From positions 2,625,214-2,689,213 of the forward strand of contig MU063601.1 of the NCBI GenBank assembly GCA_013265495.1: a stretch of DNA of 64,000 nucleotides, written 5' to 3'. The translations under genes were made by a program, and so were the position numbers. The first letter of the stretch is position 1; every line of letters begins with the position of its first letter. This DNA is from Vicugna vicugna. Taxonomy: Eukaryota. Below, piece by piece: positions 37,088 through 48,680 of the stretch. The notes beneath the pieces were generated by a model. It did no database searches, was not told where the DNA came from, and saw only the letters and a list, made by a program, of their open reading frames with translations.

Positions 37088-37479
37088 TATGAGTACATTA
37101 GAAACTGACATGGATTTCTTTCAATAGGACATTTAGGTTCTCATGGGCATCTGCTTTTCACTGTTAGAAAATACTTCAGAATGTAAAAAAAAAAAGGCTA
37201 AGTCGTATATTAGTGTTATCATGACAAGGTTCCAATTCATAGGAAACGTGGAAGGGTCTCTGGGCCTCCTAGGTCAAGACTATACTGTCTTTTTAACAGA
37301 CCTGCCCACACACCAGGATCATTTAGAAATCCTTAAAAATTTCAGTGGGCCCCTGGGCAACAGAACCACCTATTACTCTGCTGGGTTTTAAGGTGCAGTT
37401 CTAGGGTTAAACACTGTGCCCAAACATTTTCAGGCCGTCCAGGCTTTATCTTCCAAAAACAGTGTATTACTCACTTTAC

Positions 37480-37553
37480 CAACTCTCCCTGCCGAATAAA
37501 GGACCCCAAAGCATTAGTGTTAACTGCAAAATTAGCGAGGCTCCTCTTCTCTC
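37480..37553 (-). ncRNA. SNHG3: SNHG3 exon 3 (donor at 37480 usable for splicing to RCC1; otherwise extends as the terminal exon)
   Basis: ttcttcatcttttttattcag acceptor 75 nt after SNORA73B; GAGAGAAGA...GGGTCCTTTAT...AGGGAGAGTTG|gtaaag resembles the recalled human SNHG3 exon. Confidence 0.75.
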
Positions 37554-37627
37554 CTGAATAAAAAAGATGAAGAAAGAATTAGACTCATATTTACTAACTT
37601 AACTTCAACTGTAAATTCTGGCATACT

Positions 37628-37832
37628 AGATGTTTCCTGCATGGTTTGTCTCCCCAGTCATTGTCCACAGGACTCTGAGAAGCTGTAGGAATATGCAGGT
37701 GCAGACTCAAGGCCCGGCTTCATCTCCAACGTTGTGGAAAGGGACTGTACATCATGGGGCAGAGCCCTATGCTCCCCTACGCCACCTGGACAGAGCCCGG
37801 GGAGAGTGACCTCCCGGGATATCCACGTTGGA
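37628..37832 (-). ncRNA. SNORA73B: H/ACA snoRNA U17b / SNORA73B (second intron copy)
   Basis: 205 nt starting TCCAACGTGGATATCCCGGGAGGTCACTCTCCCCGGG; m1 ATATTCCTA, m2 AAACCAT, candidate H box AGATGA, ACA 3 nt from the 3' end. A/B naming is by position only. Confidence 0.96.
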
Positions 37833-38448
37833 ATGTTTTTTAACACCATTACCCCTATTTTCAAGGGATTTCACTTTTCCTCATACCCTACATAGATTTG
37901 AGGAAAGGAAGCTCACCATGATCAGCAACTTTTAAAATAAATTCTAAAGTCACTGCTACTGACAATTTTGTGCTTCATGTATTTTAATTACTGTCATTCA
38001 TCACAGAAGTAGGCTGGTGCACATGCCCAACTTCACTCCCATTGTGGAAAGGTTTTATACGAGATCAAACCCTTAGCTCCCTTGGATAGACGGTGGGGGA
38101 GGTGGTACATACAATATATGGCTCATGTGACAGCTTTTGACTTTCGTTAAGCCACCAAAACAGTCAAAATCATCACATTTGCAAAATACAAATTTCTCTC
38201 CATCACAATTAAAAATGTGAGAACCAGTTTTACGATACAGGAACAAAATTAAAAAGCCATCTTTCAGAACATAATCAGACATCTAAGAAATTGTAAATAT
38301 GCTCACAAAAATGTAGTAGTCTTTGGATGCATTATACATCAGTAGCATCTTCATGAAAGGAACCCACGTTCAGAAAGATCAAACGTCTTATACAAAACAC
38401 AGACAGGCAAACGCTGACAAGTCAAAAGCAATGTGTAGATTTACTTAC

Positions 38449-38482
38449 CTCAAATCAAGCTATCCCGAATCCCGAATGAACA
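38449..38482 (-). ncRNA. SNHG3: SNHG3 exon 2 (34 nt) between the two snoRNAs
   Basis: gccttgttttacag acceptor and GAG|gtaagt consensus donor; separates the two snoRNA introns as expected. Confidence 0.7.
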
Positions 38483-38591
38483 CTGTAAAACAAGGCAGGT
38501 AAGAGCTTAATCTACTACTATAGTAAAACTGAGTAAAGCAAATTTTTCCGGTATTTCAGATCAACCCAGATCCACATAGGTTGCTCTACAG

Positions 38592-38796
38592 AGCTGTTTC
38601 CTGCATGGTTTGTCTCCCCAGTCATTGTCCACAGGACTCTGAGAAGCTGTAGGAATATGCAGGCGCTGACTCAAGGCCTAGCTTCATCTCCAACGTTGTG
38701 GAAAGGGACTGTACCTCACGGGGCAGAGCCCTATGCTCCCCTACGCCACCTGGACAGAGCCCGGGGAGAGTGACCTCCCGGGGTATCCACGTTGGT
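38592..38796 (-). ncRNA. SNORA73A: H/ACA snoRNA U17a / SNORA73A (first intron copy)
   Basis: 205 nt, ACCAACGTGGATACCCCGGGAGG...; same m1/m2, H and ACA boxes; 9 differences from the other copy. Confidence 0.96.
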
Positions 38797-39179
38797 CACT
38801 ATACTTGAGAAACTAACTTCACCCAGTTGATAGCTGCTTCGGAGAGATATATATAAGGGAGTAGACCCAAAACACCTGGAGTGTCAACAAAAAAATTCCA
38901 GTCCAAGACCGATAATCAGACACACATTAGTAATCTGAATTTTCAGCTAGGTCTCCAAAGAAAACATCTAGAAACCCCAACAGGCGATGAACTTCCTGCC
39001 AAAGAAATAGCAAGTGTACAGTCGTTACAGCAATTAAAGCTTCTATCTTTAATCCTATCATCTGGAATAGGAAAACCACCTCAAAAGATAAAAACTCGCA
39101 TAACTAAAGCATCCGTTTCTAAACCACAAAAACTTTTAAACAAAACCAGGAACAAAATACCCTGCATGCAACTCCACTT

Positions 39180-39760
39180 AAAGCGCAAACGCGCCTCCTA
39201 GGAAGCAGCATTATATATGCCGCAGTAAACAGTAACGAAGACGAACGCTGCGCAGGATGCCAACCCTGCAAGTCGGGGAGTTTCGGCACTAGCGCGCCTT
39301 GGTTACCGAGACTCACAGCCCATGAGGCCTCCCCGGCCCACACCCGACCCAGCCTCATTTTGCGAGTAAGTGTAGTTACCACGGACGCAAAAGATTCGGA
39401 ATCATTCTAAACAGTAGATTCCCACGGAAAAAGCTGGTTGGGGTACCCGGGGTAGAAGACCTAGAGTTAACGAAGCAGGCGGTTAGGAAAACTTACCAAA
39501 CACTCCACAACAAGAGCAGCAGTCTTTCCCGAAAAGGCCGGAAGAACCGGAGGCATCGATATTTATACCTTCTATACGCGGAAGTCAAGGAACGTCTATT
39601 GCGCCTGCACTGCGTCATGCGCAATTAGGGAATCAGATTCGCTAAGGGTGCTGGGAATCTCCTGCAAGTTAAGCCCCACCCCTACCGGGCTCAGAGGCAA
39701 CTCGCGATACTAGAGACGTCGCGCGGGATCTTGCGGGAGAGCGCGAGTTACAGAAACTGC
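39180..39760 (-). promoter_or_regulatory. SNHG3: SNHG3 CpG promoter: TATA box 39560-39567, ETS/GABP sites, NRF1-like site
   Basis: TATAAATA on minus; ccggaag (39538-39544) and gcggaagt (~39578); tgcgtcatgcgca (~39611); CpG-dense. Confidence 0.75.
39497..39537 (-). ncRNA. SNHG3: SNHG3 exon 1 with 5'TOP-type start (CCTTTTC)
   Basis: C followed by a pyrimidine run 30-31 nt downstream of TATAAATA; TTG|gtaagt donor at 39497/39496; snoRNA host genes are typically 5'TOP. Confidence 0.8.
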
Positions 39761-40091
39761 TTTTTTTGAAGTATTTAAGAGGGTAGTTGTGTGCTGCATT
39801 TTATATTTATGTCTCTACGGTCACTTCACCAATCTGGAGGATATACCATTAAGTAAAGTCGCCAAAAACCCTTTGGAGTAATAAATATACAGAATAGAAA
39901 AAGAGATATGCAACCTCAAAAGGGGTTGAATCTGCCCTGTCACGTGTGAAATAAACATTTGATAAATGCGTCGGTCAGTCAGACGGAAGTGCTGAAGTGT
40001 ACACTTAAAAATGGTTACACTGGTGAATTTTATGTTGAGTTTAACACAAACACCTAATTTAAAGAAGGCAAGTAAAAAATCCTGAAGATAG

Positions 40092-40205
40092 GGGAGGGTA
40101 TAGCTCTGTGGTCTTGGGTTCTATTCCCAGTACCTCCAGTAAGAAAATAAGTAAATAAACCTAATTACCTCCTCAAAAAATTTTAAAAATTAATAGAAAA
40201 AAAAA
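40092..40205 (+). mobile_element. Camelid-type tRNA SINE with internal deletion
   Basis: GGGGAGGGTATAGCTCTGTGG joined directly to TCTTGGGTTCTATTCCCAG; imperfect TSD aaaaaatcctgaagata / aaaaaaccctgaaggta. Confidence 0.8.
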
Positions 40206-40424
40206 AAAAACCCTGAAGGTAAATATTACATGTGAAATGTTGAAATTGGGATAGAATTTCGAACAAGTGTTAGATAAATTGGCAGCCATCACAACTCGGC
40301 TATAACGAATAGAAACATTTTTGGTGTTTCTCCCGTAACATTTTGTGCTGGGTATTTTACATACTTTAGCATCACAGCAATTCTAAGACATTGGTATTAT
40401 TAAGATTTAGATGTGAAACAGGTC

Positions 40425-41115
40425 CAGCAGTAGTTCTCAAAAAGTGTAGTTGGCAGATTCTGGGGTCCCTGAGACTTTTTGGGGGGCTATGAGGTCAAAA
40501 GTATTTCATAATAATACTTAGATGTTTTCTGACTTTTTCACTGTATTGACTCTGCACTGATGTTATAAAATGAAATTGTGCTGTAAACTGCTGTTGCCTT
40601 AGTATGTTTCAAGGCCCTGTTGTCATTGTCTTCTTGATCAACACAAATTTACAATTAAAAAAAGGTCAGTTTCACCGAAGAATGTCCTTCATGAAGAAGT
40701 AAAAATCATTAATGTTACTAATTCTTGCCTTTTGAGTATCCATCTCTTTAATATTTTGTGACAAAGTAAGAAGTACACATAAAGCACTTAGGCTGCATGC
40801 AAAGGTACAGTGCTTATCTCCAGGAAAAGCACATATACCATTGTTTGAGTTGTGTGCTGAAAAAGCCACATTTTTTTCATGGAATATCATTTTACTTGAA
40901 AGAATGGCTAACATCTTTACCAACTATATATCTCTGTGGGACTGGATTTTCTTCATTTATTTAAACCAAAACAGCTTATAGTAATAGACTGAATCCAAAA
41001 ATAGATATGAGAACTGAGTTGTCTTCTATTAAACCAGACATTAAAGTGATTTGCAAAAAAAAAAAAAGTAAAACAAGGCCACTCTTCTCACTATTTTTGG
41101 AAAAGTTATTTTTCA
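40425..41115 (+). mobile_element. Charlie1-like hAT DNA transposon relic
   Basis: cagtagttctcaa...ggggtccctgagac...gaggtcaaaagtatttcataataatact; family from memory. Confidence 0.65.
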
Positions 41116-41609
41116 GGCAGGAGAGTATAGCTCAGTGGTAGAGTGTGTGCTTAGCATAAAAAAGAATAAAATAATGCCATTTGTAGCAACATGGGTGGAC
41201 CTGAAGATTGACATTCTAAGTGAATTGGGCCGGAAAGAGAAAGAAAAATGCCATATGATATCACTTATTTGTGGAATCTAAAAAAAAGGACACAAATGAA
41301 CTACTTATTGTTTATAACTTAGATGATTGATTTTTTGAGTATGGGTAAGCACATTTGACTGTCCTTTATGATTGGATTACTGCCTTCTGTTGATTCTTAT
41401 TTTGTGGTTGGCTTTATTCCTTTGATAACTATGTAAGTTTAAAAAGCTTAAGCTCTAATCTATTCTTAGAAACAATGATCAGTACAGACATGTAAAACTA
41501 AAAAAAATGTGCACTATATTGTATACATGTATTTACATGCAATATAAAGTATATGTGCAAATTGTAATAATTCTACTTAATAAAACTGAAAAAGAAAAAA
41601 AAAGAATTG

Positions 41610-42560
41610 CTATGACAGTCTACATTTTAGAACGGTAACTCTAGTGGCAATACTGGAGGATAGATTGGAGAGACAGAAGTTATAAAGTCCCATTAAAGTA
41701 CGCTGGCTTTGAAGTTGCATGGTAAACAAGGCGAGGGGAGATAAAAGAATCAGAAGACATTTCTGAGGTAGAGAATGCATGGAACTTATTGTCCCACTGG
41801 GCTTTCGAGGTAAGAGAGGAACTTGCATATAATACTAAAATTTCAGACTTGGGAGGCTGAACATATATGGTGGTCTCTAATTCTGATAATTGAGAAAGTA
41901 GGCTGTACAGGTCGAGAATAAGGTCCACATGGAAGGTGTATGTTGCCTGGGGAGCTTTTGGGTGTATATATGTCTAAACAGTAATTGGATAGAGGGTTGG
42001 ATTCCAGCAAGAAATCCAAATTGTAGATAAAGATTTAGAAATTGTTGCGGGGAGGGAGGGTATAGCTCAGTGGTATAGCACATGCTTAGCATGCACAAAG
42101 GGTCCTGGGTTCAATCCCCAGTAACTCCTCTAAAAATAAATAAATAAAAACTTAATTACCACCCCCCCTAAACAAACAAGTTGTTGAAATAAGAGTGGTA
42201 ATTGAAGTCACCTTGGGAGAGCAGGAAGAGTGATGAGAGGACATGAAAACCCAACATTTAAATGGTGGTCAGGGAAGAAGCCAGCAGGACAGAGGAAGCA
42301 AGATCAGAGGAGAACCAGAAGAGAGTAAGAGGTATCTGAGAAGCCAAGGAAGAAGTTTTGAGGACTGGGACATGGCCAACAGTATCACATACTGCAGGGT
42401 AGTCAGATATACTGAGCTGAAAAGAGACTTTGGATGTGGCAGTTAACTGAGGAGTCATGGGTGACCTCGGGGAAAGCCATTTTATTATGGATTTAGTTTA
42501 GATTTTAATGAGTTGAGTGAACATGGCTTTAGAAATGGAAAACAATGTGTACAGACCAGA
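41610..42560 (-). mobile_element. L2 relic containing a camelid SINE at ~42048-42175 (+)
   Basis: Purine-rich antisense L2-like sequence; SINE head gggagggtatagctcagtggtatagcacatgcttagcatgcac. Confidence 0.6.
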
Positions 42561-44035
42561 GGTCCTAAACTGGTATCAAGAAGCCTACTTCTTTTTCCTC
42601 CATCTATCACTCATTAAGCTCAGCTGCTTTGACTGTACAGGAATTTAAGTTGTTCAGTGTTAGAAGAGATTACCTGTACGGAGCATAGGAAAAGTAGGAG
42701 ATAGAGAAACAGGGAAGATTGTTTTTCTTGTTGGACAGGAAGGAGATAAACACTGATCAAGGCAATGAATGAATGAAAGAATGGTGTGTACCAGTATCAG
42801 ATGCAGGGAAATTGAGAGTGTTTGTTCCTGTCATATGGCCTCTATGCTTTTATGAAGGAGGCAAAAATCCTTGGGGGAAGAAATTGATGGTACCCTTTAG
42901 ACAAAGGAGATAGATGGAGCAAGTGGTCCACGTTGCTTGTTGTTTCCTGATTTTCCCTTCATGCCTTCTTGAGCTGGAATTGAAACTGGTTTAGGCTGTT
43001 TTGGCTTCAGGGCTTGGCTTTTCTTGTACATCCTCATCTTTTATAAGAACACTTCCTATCCCATCCCCTTCCATTCAATATCCACTGGACTTGCCCTTTC
43101 TGATAGTCGTTTTCCAACCTCTCCCTCTGCAATTGCAGTCCTCCTTCTCCTGGGGTACGGTAATCGAAATTCATAAGGACCCTAAATTCATTCAGTTTCA
43201 GCAAACACTAGGCAATATGAATCTTCAAAACACCCTTCTGGAGACAATGCGTCACCTCAAAAGGGTCAAGGAAGTTTGAGGACTCTTTTGGAAGGCTAGA
43301 AGGAGGAAAATATGGGAGCAGGTGGAGCCCAATGACAGAAGCAGTTCTGACTCATGGTTTCTCTTAACCTTTGGTAAAGGGTGGTATCCTAATGAAGTCA
43401 GTCTCTGAAGTGACAAGTAGAAAGTGAGTCATTGGTGGGGCTGCCCGGATTGAAACTGGGTTGCTTGCCAGTGAGGAGTACATGAGCTACAGACTGTCCT
43501 ATTGTGATGTCAGCCTGAGGTCTAATAATGTGGTCCATATGCAGTAAGTCCTTATAGAGACAACTGATTGGGATGCAGTTGCTTGTCCTTGAATATATGA
43601 AGAGTGATTGCATAATTTGCTTTGATTTTGGGGAAGTCACTTTACCTCTCAAGTTCTTTAATTGGTAAAATTTTCACTTACCTCCCAGACTAGGTGGGAA
43701 TAGGAAGACCTAGGGCTGTATCTGCTACATAGTGTGGGGGTCACAGTTGGCTTCCTCTCTGCAGCTTATTCTTTTTCCTCGTGTGCACAGATAGACAGAT
43801 CTTTGTCTCTGACTACATTTAATGTTCTTACCATAATTTTTTCTTTCTCATCTACTTCTCATTAGGGTGTCTAGCAATATTTTAGTGATCATAATTAAGC
43901 TACCTTAAATCTTTTGGAATAAGGTAGAAGATAAAAAATAAGTATTTCACACCAGAACAATATAGTTTGTTTTTTTTAATTCTAAAATACATTAATAATT
44001 AATATTGAAAGGAAGACTGATATACAATGCAATTA

Positions 44036-44101
44036 TTTATTTTACAAGGAGATTCTGTACATCAGGGAAGCATTTGAAGTACAATACATCAGGCTTTTAT
44101 T
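44036..44101 (-). terminator. PHACTR4: PHACTR4 polyadenylation signals (AATAAA at 44096-44101 and 44036-44041)
   Basis: tttatt on + ~2.1-2.2 kb after the stop codon; AT-rich 3'UTR-like context; no AATAAA noticed between the stop and these. Confidence 0.65.
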
Positions 44102-44771
44102 TCTTCTTTACATTATGATTGTGAATTGTTACTTACATGGAAAGAGAACACAAAAAACCCACTTTATATATATTTATATAAAAACACCTGAAAAGACTTG
44201 ACCCCCCAAAGTATCCTGTTTCAAAAGAACATGAATGAGATGATAATGAACTAGATTCCTTGGTGGCACATAGAAAACAGACAAGTAGCTCAGGAAATCA
44301 AATCCTGTTTCAAGCTTGGCACATTAAGGGAAAGAAAGGCAGTGAAAGAAGAGTTTGAAAAATGTCAAATGTCTGAAGGCACAGAGAATGCTGGCATAAG
44401 CCAAGCAGTCTCCAAACCAACAAGACAGAAAGGTTAGAAGTCAAGTTAGCAGTTAATGTGTGGCCACCTTATATACAGACCTCTAACAATTTGTAATTGT
44501 CACTTATCTTTCCTCAGTCACAACAAATGTTAATGAGCTTCAAGGAGATGTGGGCCCAGTGTATCTCCATAGCCATGGAGCATCTGATGTTACTGAGAAA
44601 TTCAAATACCTCCCTGTTCCCCATACAAAGAGAAGATATTACCTTTTAAGGTCACTTTAGCTTTTTTGTTTTGACCTGATATTCTGATTAGTCAGCAAAT
44701 CTTACATGGACATGAAAGGAGAAAAAGAGAAAAAAATCTACTGAAAGATCACACACAGAATAGGGACTGCA

Positions 44772-44810
44772 GTCTACGGCCATACCACCCTGAACGCACC
44801 CGATTTCGTC
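44772..44810 (+). pseudogene. 3'-truncated 5S rRNA retro-fragment (nt 1-39) with 15-nt target-site duplication
   Basis: GTCTACGGCCATACCACCCTGAACGCACCCGATTTCGTC = mammalian 5S 5' end with 2 transitions; flanked by agaatagggactgca (44757-44771) and agaacagggactgca (44811-44825); no poly(A). Confidence 0.92.
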
Positions 44811-46215
44811 AGAACAGGGACTGCAGAAGGAGTCAGAAGAAATCTAAAAAATAGCCACAATTTTCTGAACATTAAAGGGAAAAATCCACATTCATCAGTT
44901 AAGTAGAAACTATTTTTTTCCTTCCACTTAGTGTAGATAGGAATTAGAGGGAAATAGTAAGGCTGTATGGTTTTCAATAAAAATTCAAAGAAAGTAACTG
45001 AATCTTCTGTTTAAGGAAATCATATTAATAGATATTACAAATACAAAAAGGAGTGGGAGCTGAGCCAATGCTCAGGCACCAACTACACTGGCTACAGCTT
45101 GGAAGAGGAGGGGTGAGTGAGGTGGAAGCTGCCAGAGAGGATCAGCAGGAAGATGAGGGCTGGAGTCAGGAGGGAGAGCACAGGAGGCGAGCACATAGCA
45201 CTGAGGGACAGACAGGGGCAGTGGGTCATGATCTTGTCCCTCCTTGCGTCTCCAAAGACCCTCGGGGTGATTCGGGCTGGAAGTGTGGGGGCTGACTGCA
45301 CACAAATGCTCCCACAGAGTTGCTGCAACTCTGCTTTATGGAGAGAATACATCTCTTGGTTAGAAAGATTTAGGGTATCATTTAGTACAACAAAGTACAA
45401 CAGCCTATAAAATTTAAGCCATGAGTCAGTTCTCTGCCAAGTTGGCTTTAACATAAAGGCCTTTCTTGGTTTCGTTTTTATATATAGAAAACATAGATGC
45501 TTTCTTATTTTTCCAACTTGGAATCTGGTTGCAGTCCAGATTGCCTGATAGGAAAAACATAAGTTCCCATCATTCCTTCAAGATACCTTAAAAAAAAAAA
45601 ATCAGAATGACTTCTGCCCAAGGGAAGAACATGTGAGGTCCTGAGCTGCTCTCGGGCTGGGCTGCCGGGGGAGGACTGTATGCTGTGTTACAGGAGGTAT
45701 AATGCAATACTTTCAACTGACACACCAGTGTGGTGTGAAGGCTTCCCCTGGAGGTGGGGGCCCCTTTTCCAGAAGGTTTTCCCTACCACCAGTTAGATTT
45801 GATGGCTGGAATTTAGTGTCCACACAGGTGGGTCTCAAACCAGGACAGGGCAGGTTAGGCTAACAGTGCAAACTGTGCCTCAGCACAGGCAGTCATCTTG
45901 GGGTGCAGCCAATTAAACTTGGAACCTGCAAGTGACCCAGAACATTGGTGGCTGGTGAGGGAAGACCCCTCAAGTATGCTGCAGTTCAAAAGCACTGACA
46001 AGGTGTTCAGTTTTGCCTACGGCAGCACATGAGAATCCATTCCAGTGAAATGCTACATTCATAGAAGTGCTGTTCACCCCAGAACTGTATCCCAGAGGAC
46101 TCAGCTCTGGCTGCGCTGAGAAGTGCTGAAGTTCCCTCCACGTCGCTCTGGAGACTGAAGCAGCAAAGCAATCCTGTTCTGGGGGGTTGTTTAGATTCTC
46201 TCTCAAACTTCAGCT

Positions 46216-46231
46216 TCATGGACGGTGGTAG
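46216..46231 (-). CDS. PHACTR4: PHACTR4 last coding exon (to TGA)
   Basis: tag|CTACCACCGTCCATGA completes ...TR-YHRP*, the PHACTR C-terminal PP1-binding end. Confidence 0.93.
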
Positions 46232-46289
46232 CTAAAACAGATGATCACCAAGAGCCGAGTTACCAGATACTGCAGACTGCTTTGCTGTA

Positions 46290-46515
46290 ACAGTTGACCC
46301 TTAAACAACAAGGGCTAGAACTGCGTGAGTCTACTTCTACTCAGATTTTTTTCCAATAGTAAATACCACAGAGATACACGACTGAATAGGATGCATAGGA
46401 AATGGAACCACGGGTACAGAGGAACCTCATATATGGAGGGTCAGCTATGAATTACACATGAATTTTCAGCTCTGAGGGTTGTGGGTGCCTCAGCCACTGT
46501 TCACATGTCAACTGT
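46290..46515 (+). mobile_element. Tigger2-type MITE in the last PHACTR4 intron
   Basis: CAGTTGACCCTTAAACAAC...gttcacatgtcaactgta inverted termini. Confidence 0.75.
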
Positions 46516-46519
46516 ATTA

Positions 46520-47520
46520 TCTTAAAAGTAATGAAATGTTATTTTCTAATATTGAAAAATTGCCTCTCCTCCACTCTAATTCTACCTGCCCTTTCTGTAG
46601 CATCTCATACTCCTGACCCTCTTCCTTCTTGAAACTTTTTTTTTTTGACTTCTGTAATACTATCTTTTCCCTAGTTTTCCCTCTTTTCAACTGTTTTTCC
46701 ACAGTATGCTTCCCTGGTTCATCTTCCTCCATCCACCCTTTAAATACAAAACACTTTTCTTGCAAATTTGAATCTTTATACCTTTTCTCCCTGGAGTCTA
46801 GGCCGAATAGTCAACTGTCTTCCAGGCAGCTCCACTGCAATGTGTCACAGGCTTGTCAAACTCAACATATATAACTGACTTTCCAGTTTATTGTCTGCCT
46901 TCCTCTTTTAGAATAAAAGCTCCTTGAGGACAGGGACTTTATCTCGTTCTCTGCTATATTCCAAGTACCTTGCACTGTTATCTATCATGTACTAGGTGCT
47001 GAAAAAATATTTACTGAATAAATGTCCTAAACTATTCACTTACTGACTTCATCGACCTCAAAAATCACAAGTTAGACATCTAAGAGTCATTTTGACTACT
47101 TCCTGTTGATTCATCCCTGGAATCAACAGATTGCCAAATCCTGTTGATTCTATACTTGAAATGTCTTTCAAATCTATCTTCCCTGGTCTGAGCTAGCAGC
47201 ATGCTCTCTATGACTATTTTAGTTGCTTCCTAGCTGCTGTTCTCTTCATCCTTCCAAATCACCTTCCATAGTTCCACTGGGGCTTATTCCCAGATGCACA
47301 GAACTCCAGTGGTTCCAATATCCTAGCATAACAGTCAGTGCTCTTCAGAACATGACCGTAACCCATCTTGCTAGTCTCACCTTCACCACACTGCCCTCAC
47401 CCCTCCTCTGCTCCAGCTCCATTTTCTGTCAGAAACAGCATGCATTTTCCTGCTCCCAAAGTCTTGTTAAAGCTGGTCCTTCTGCTTACCATGTTCCTTC
47501 CCTCCTACTTGTCCAAAAGA
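46520..47520 (+). mobile_element. L2 relic
   Basis: Pyrimidine-rich L2 ORF2-like sequence (ccaaatcctgttgattctatacttgaaatgtc...). Confidence 0.55.
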
Positions 47521-48603
47521 ATCCTTTTACATACTTTAACATCCAGCCTAAACGTCACCTTCTCTATGACTTTCCTTTATTGTTGCTGACTATGGTACTT
47601 TACTACTATAAAGTGTTACTAATAACACTAAAAACAGCTAACACTGCCATAGCTAGGACATGGTGGACTTGGGATGCTAAACCTGGCAGATTTGGGACTC
47701 AGAATGACTGGGGCATTTATCATATTGATTGTACACAGGTTTTCCCAAATTAGACTACAATCTCCTTGCTAGCAAGTATGGTTTCTTATTTGAGTTCAGT
47801 GCCCCGAATGATGTTACTACTGTTCAAAGAATCTGGCTTCTCTACACATCTGAGAACTCAGTACAAACAAATTCTACAGTTAAAATAACCATTTGCCTGT
47901 ACTGTGATGGAAAAATATTTAATAATATCTTACTTCCCGACTTTGTTTGTTCCTTTTTTTTTAGCGCAAACTGTAATTGTCATTATATTTTCTTTCATTT
48001 AGCCTCTCTGTATAAATGTTCCGAGAGTCATCTAGACACTTTCACTGATTCCATTTGTCTCTGGCTGAGTCTTCAGGTATGGGCTGGGTCCTCAGTCACC
48101 ACAGTAATTCCAAACCAAAATGCTTCTTGGCTTGTTTCATGAAGACAGTTAATTAAAACAAAGTTGACAACTGAATTGGTAAGATCAACTTAGAAAAGAC
48201 TGAAACCAGAGAGGACAGGATCTTGTCCAGCTCAGCAACAACTTCCTCATCCATAACCCGGACAGTGAGGTGCAGAGATGAGAGCACCTTTCCCCATGTC
48301 CTAGCAGGTCAAGCAAGTTATTTAACCCTTTTGAGCTTGTTTCTTTGTCAATAAAATGGGGATCTAAATACACCTGGCATCTTTGCTGCAAGGATTAAAT
48401 AAGATAATATACATAAAATGCCACAGTCAGTATAGGCATGAGCTCTTAGTTCTTTCTCATCCCTTTCCCTCAATGTAGTCTTCTTGCAGTTAACCCTGCA
48501 AGTGCTGTTCTTTTCACATCACTAGAGTCCTTCCTCGCTGAATACCCTTAGTATGTCTACTTTTTGGTTAAGCTCTACTTAGCTCAGAGTATTTGGGTCT
48601 TAC

Positions 48604-48680
48604 CGTGTAAAATGTTTGCTCTCTTCATGAACTTCCATCTCTGAGCTTTTAAATTCATTTAATTCTTTTCTTATGGCAGC
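48604..48680 (-). CDS. PHACTR4: PHACTR4 coding exon
   Basis: 77 nt, tag/gtaag; AAIRKELNEFKSSEMEVHEESKHFTR. Confidence 0.97.

Noticed and set aside
38990-39065. Possible extra SNHG3 exon (acceptor ttcctattccag at ~39062)
   Set aside because: No convincing downstream donor found; motif-only evidence.
47223-48142. 176 aa and 137 aa + strand ORFs
   Set aside because: Antisense within a PHACTR4 intron, overlapping L2 relics; no homology or coding-like composition evident.
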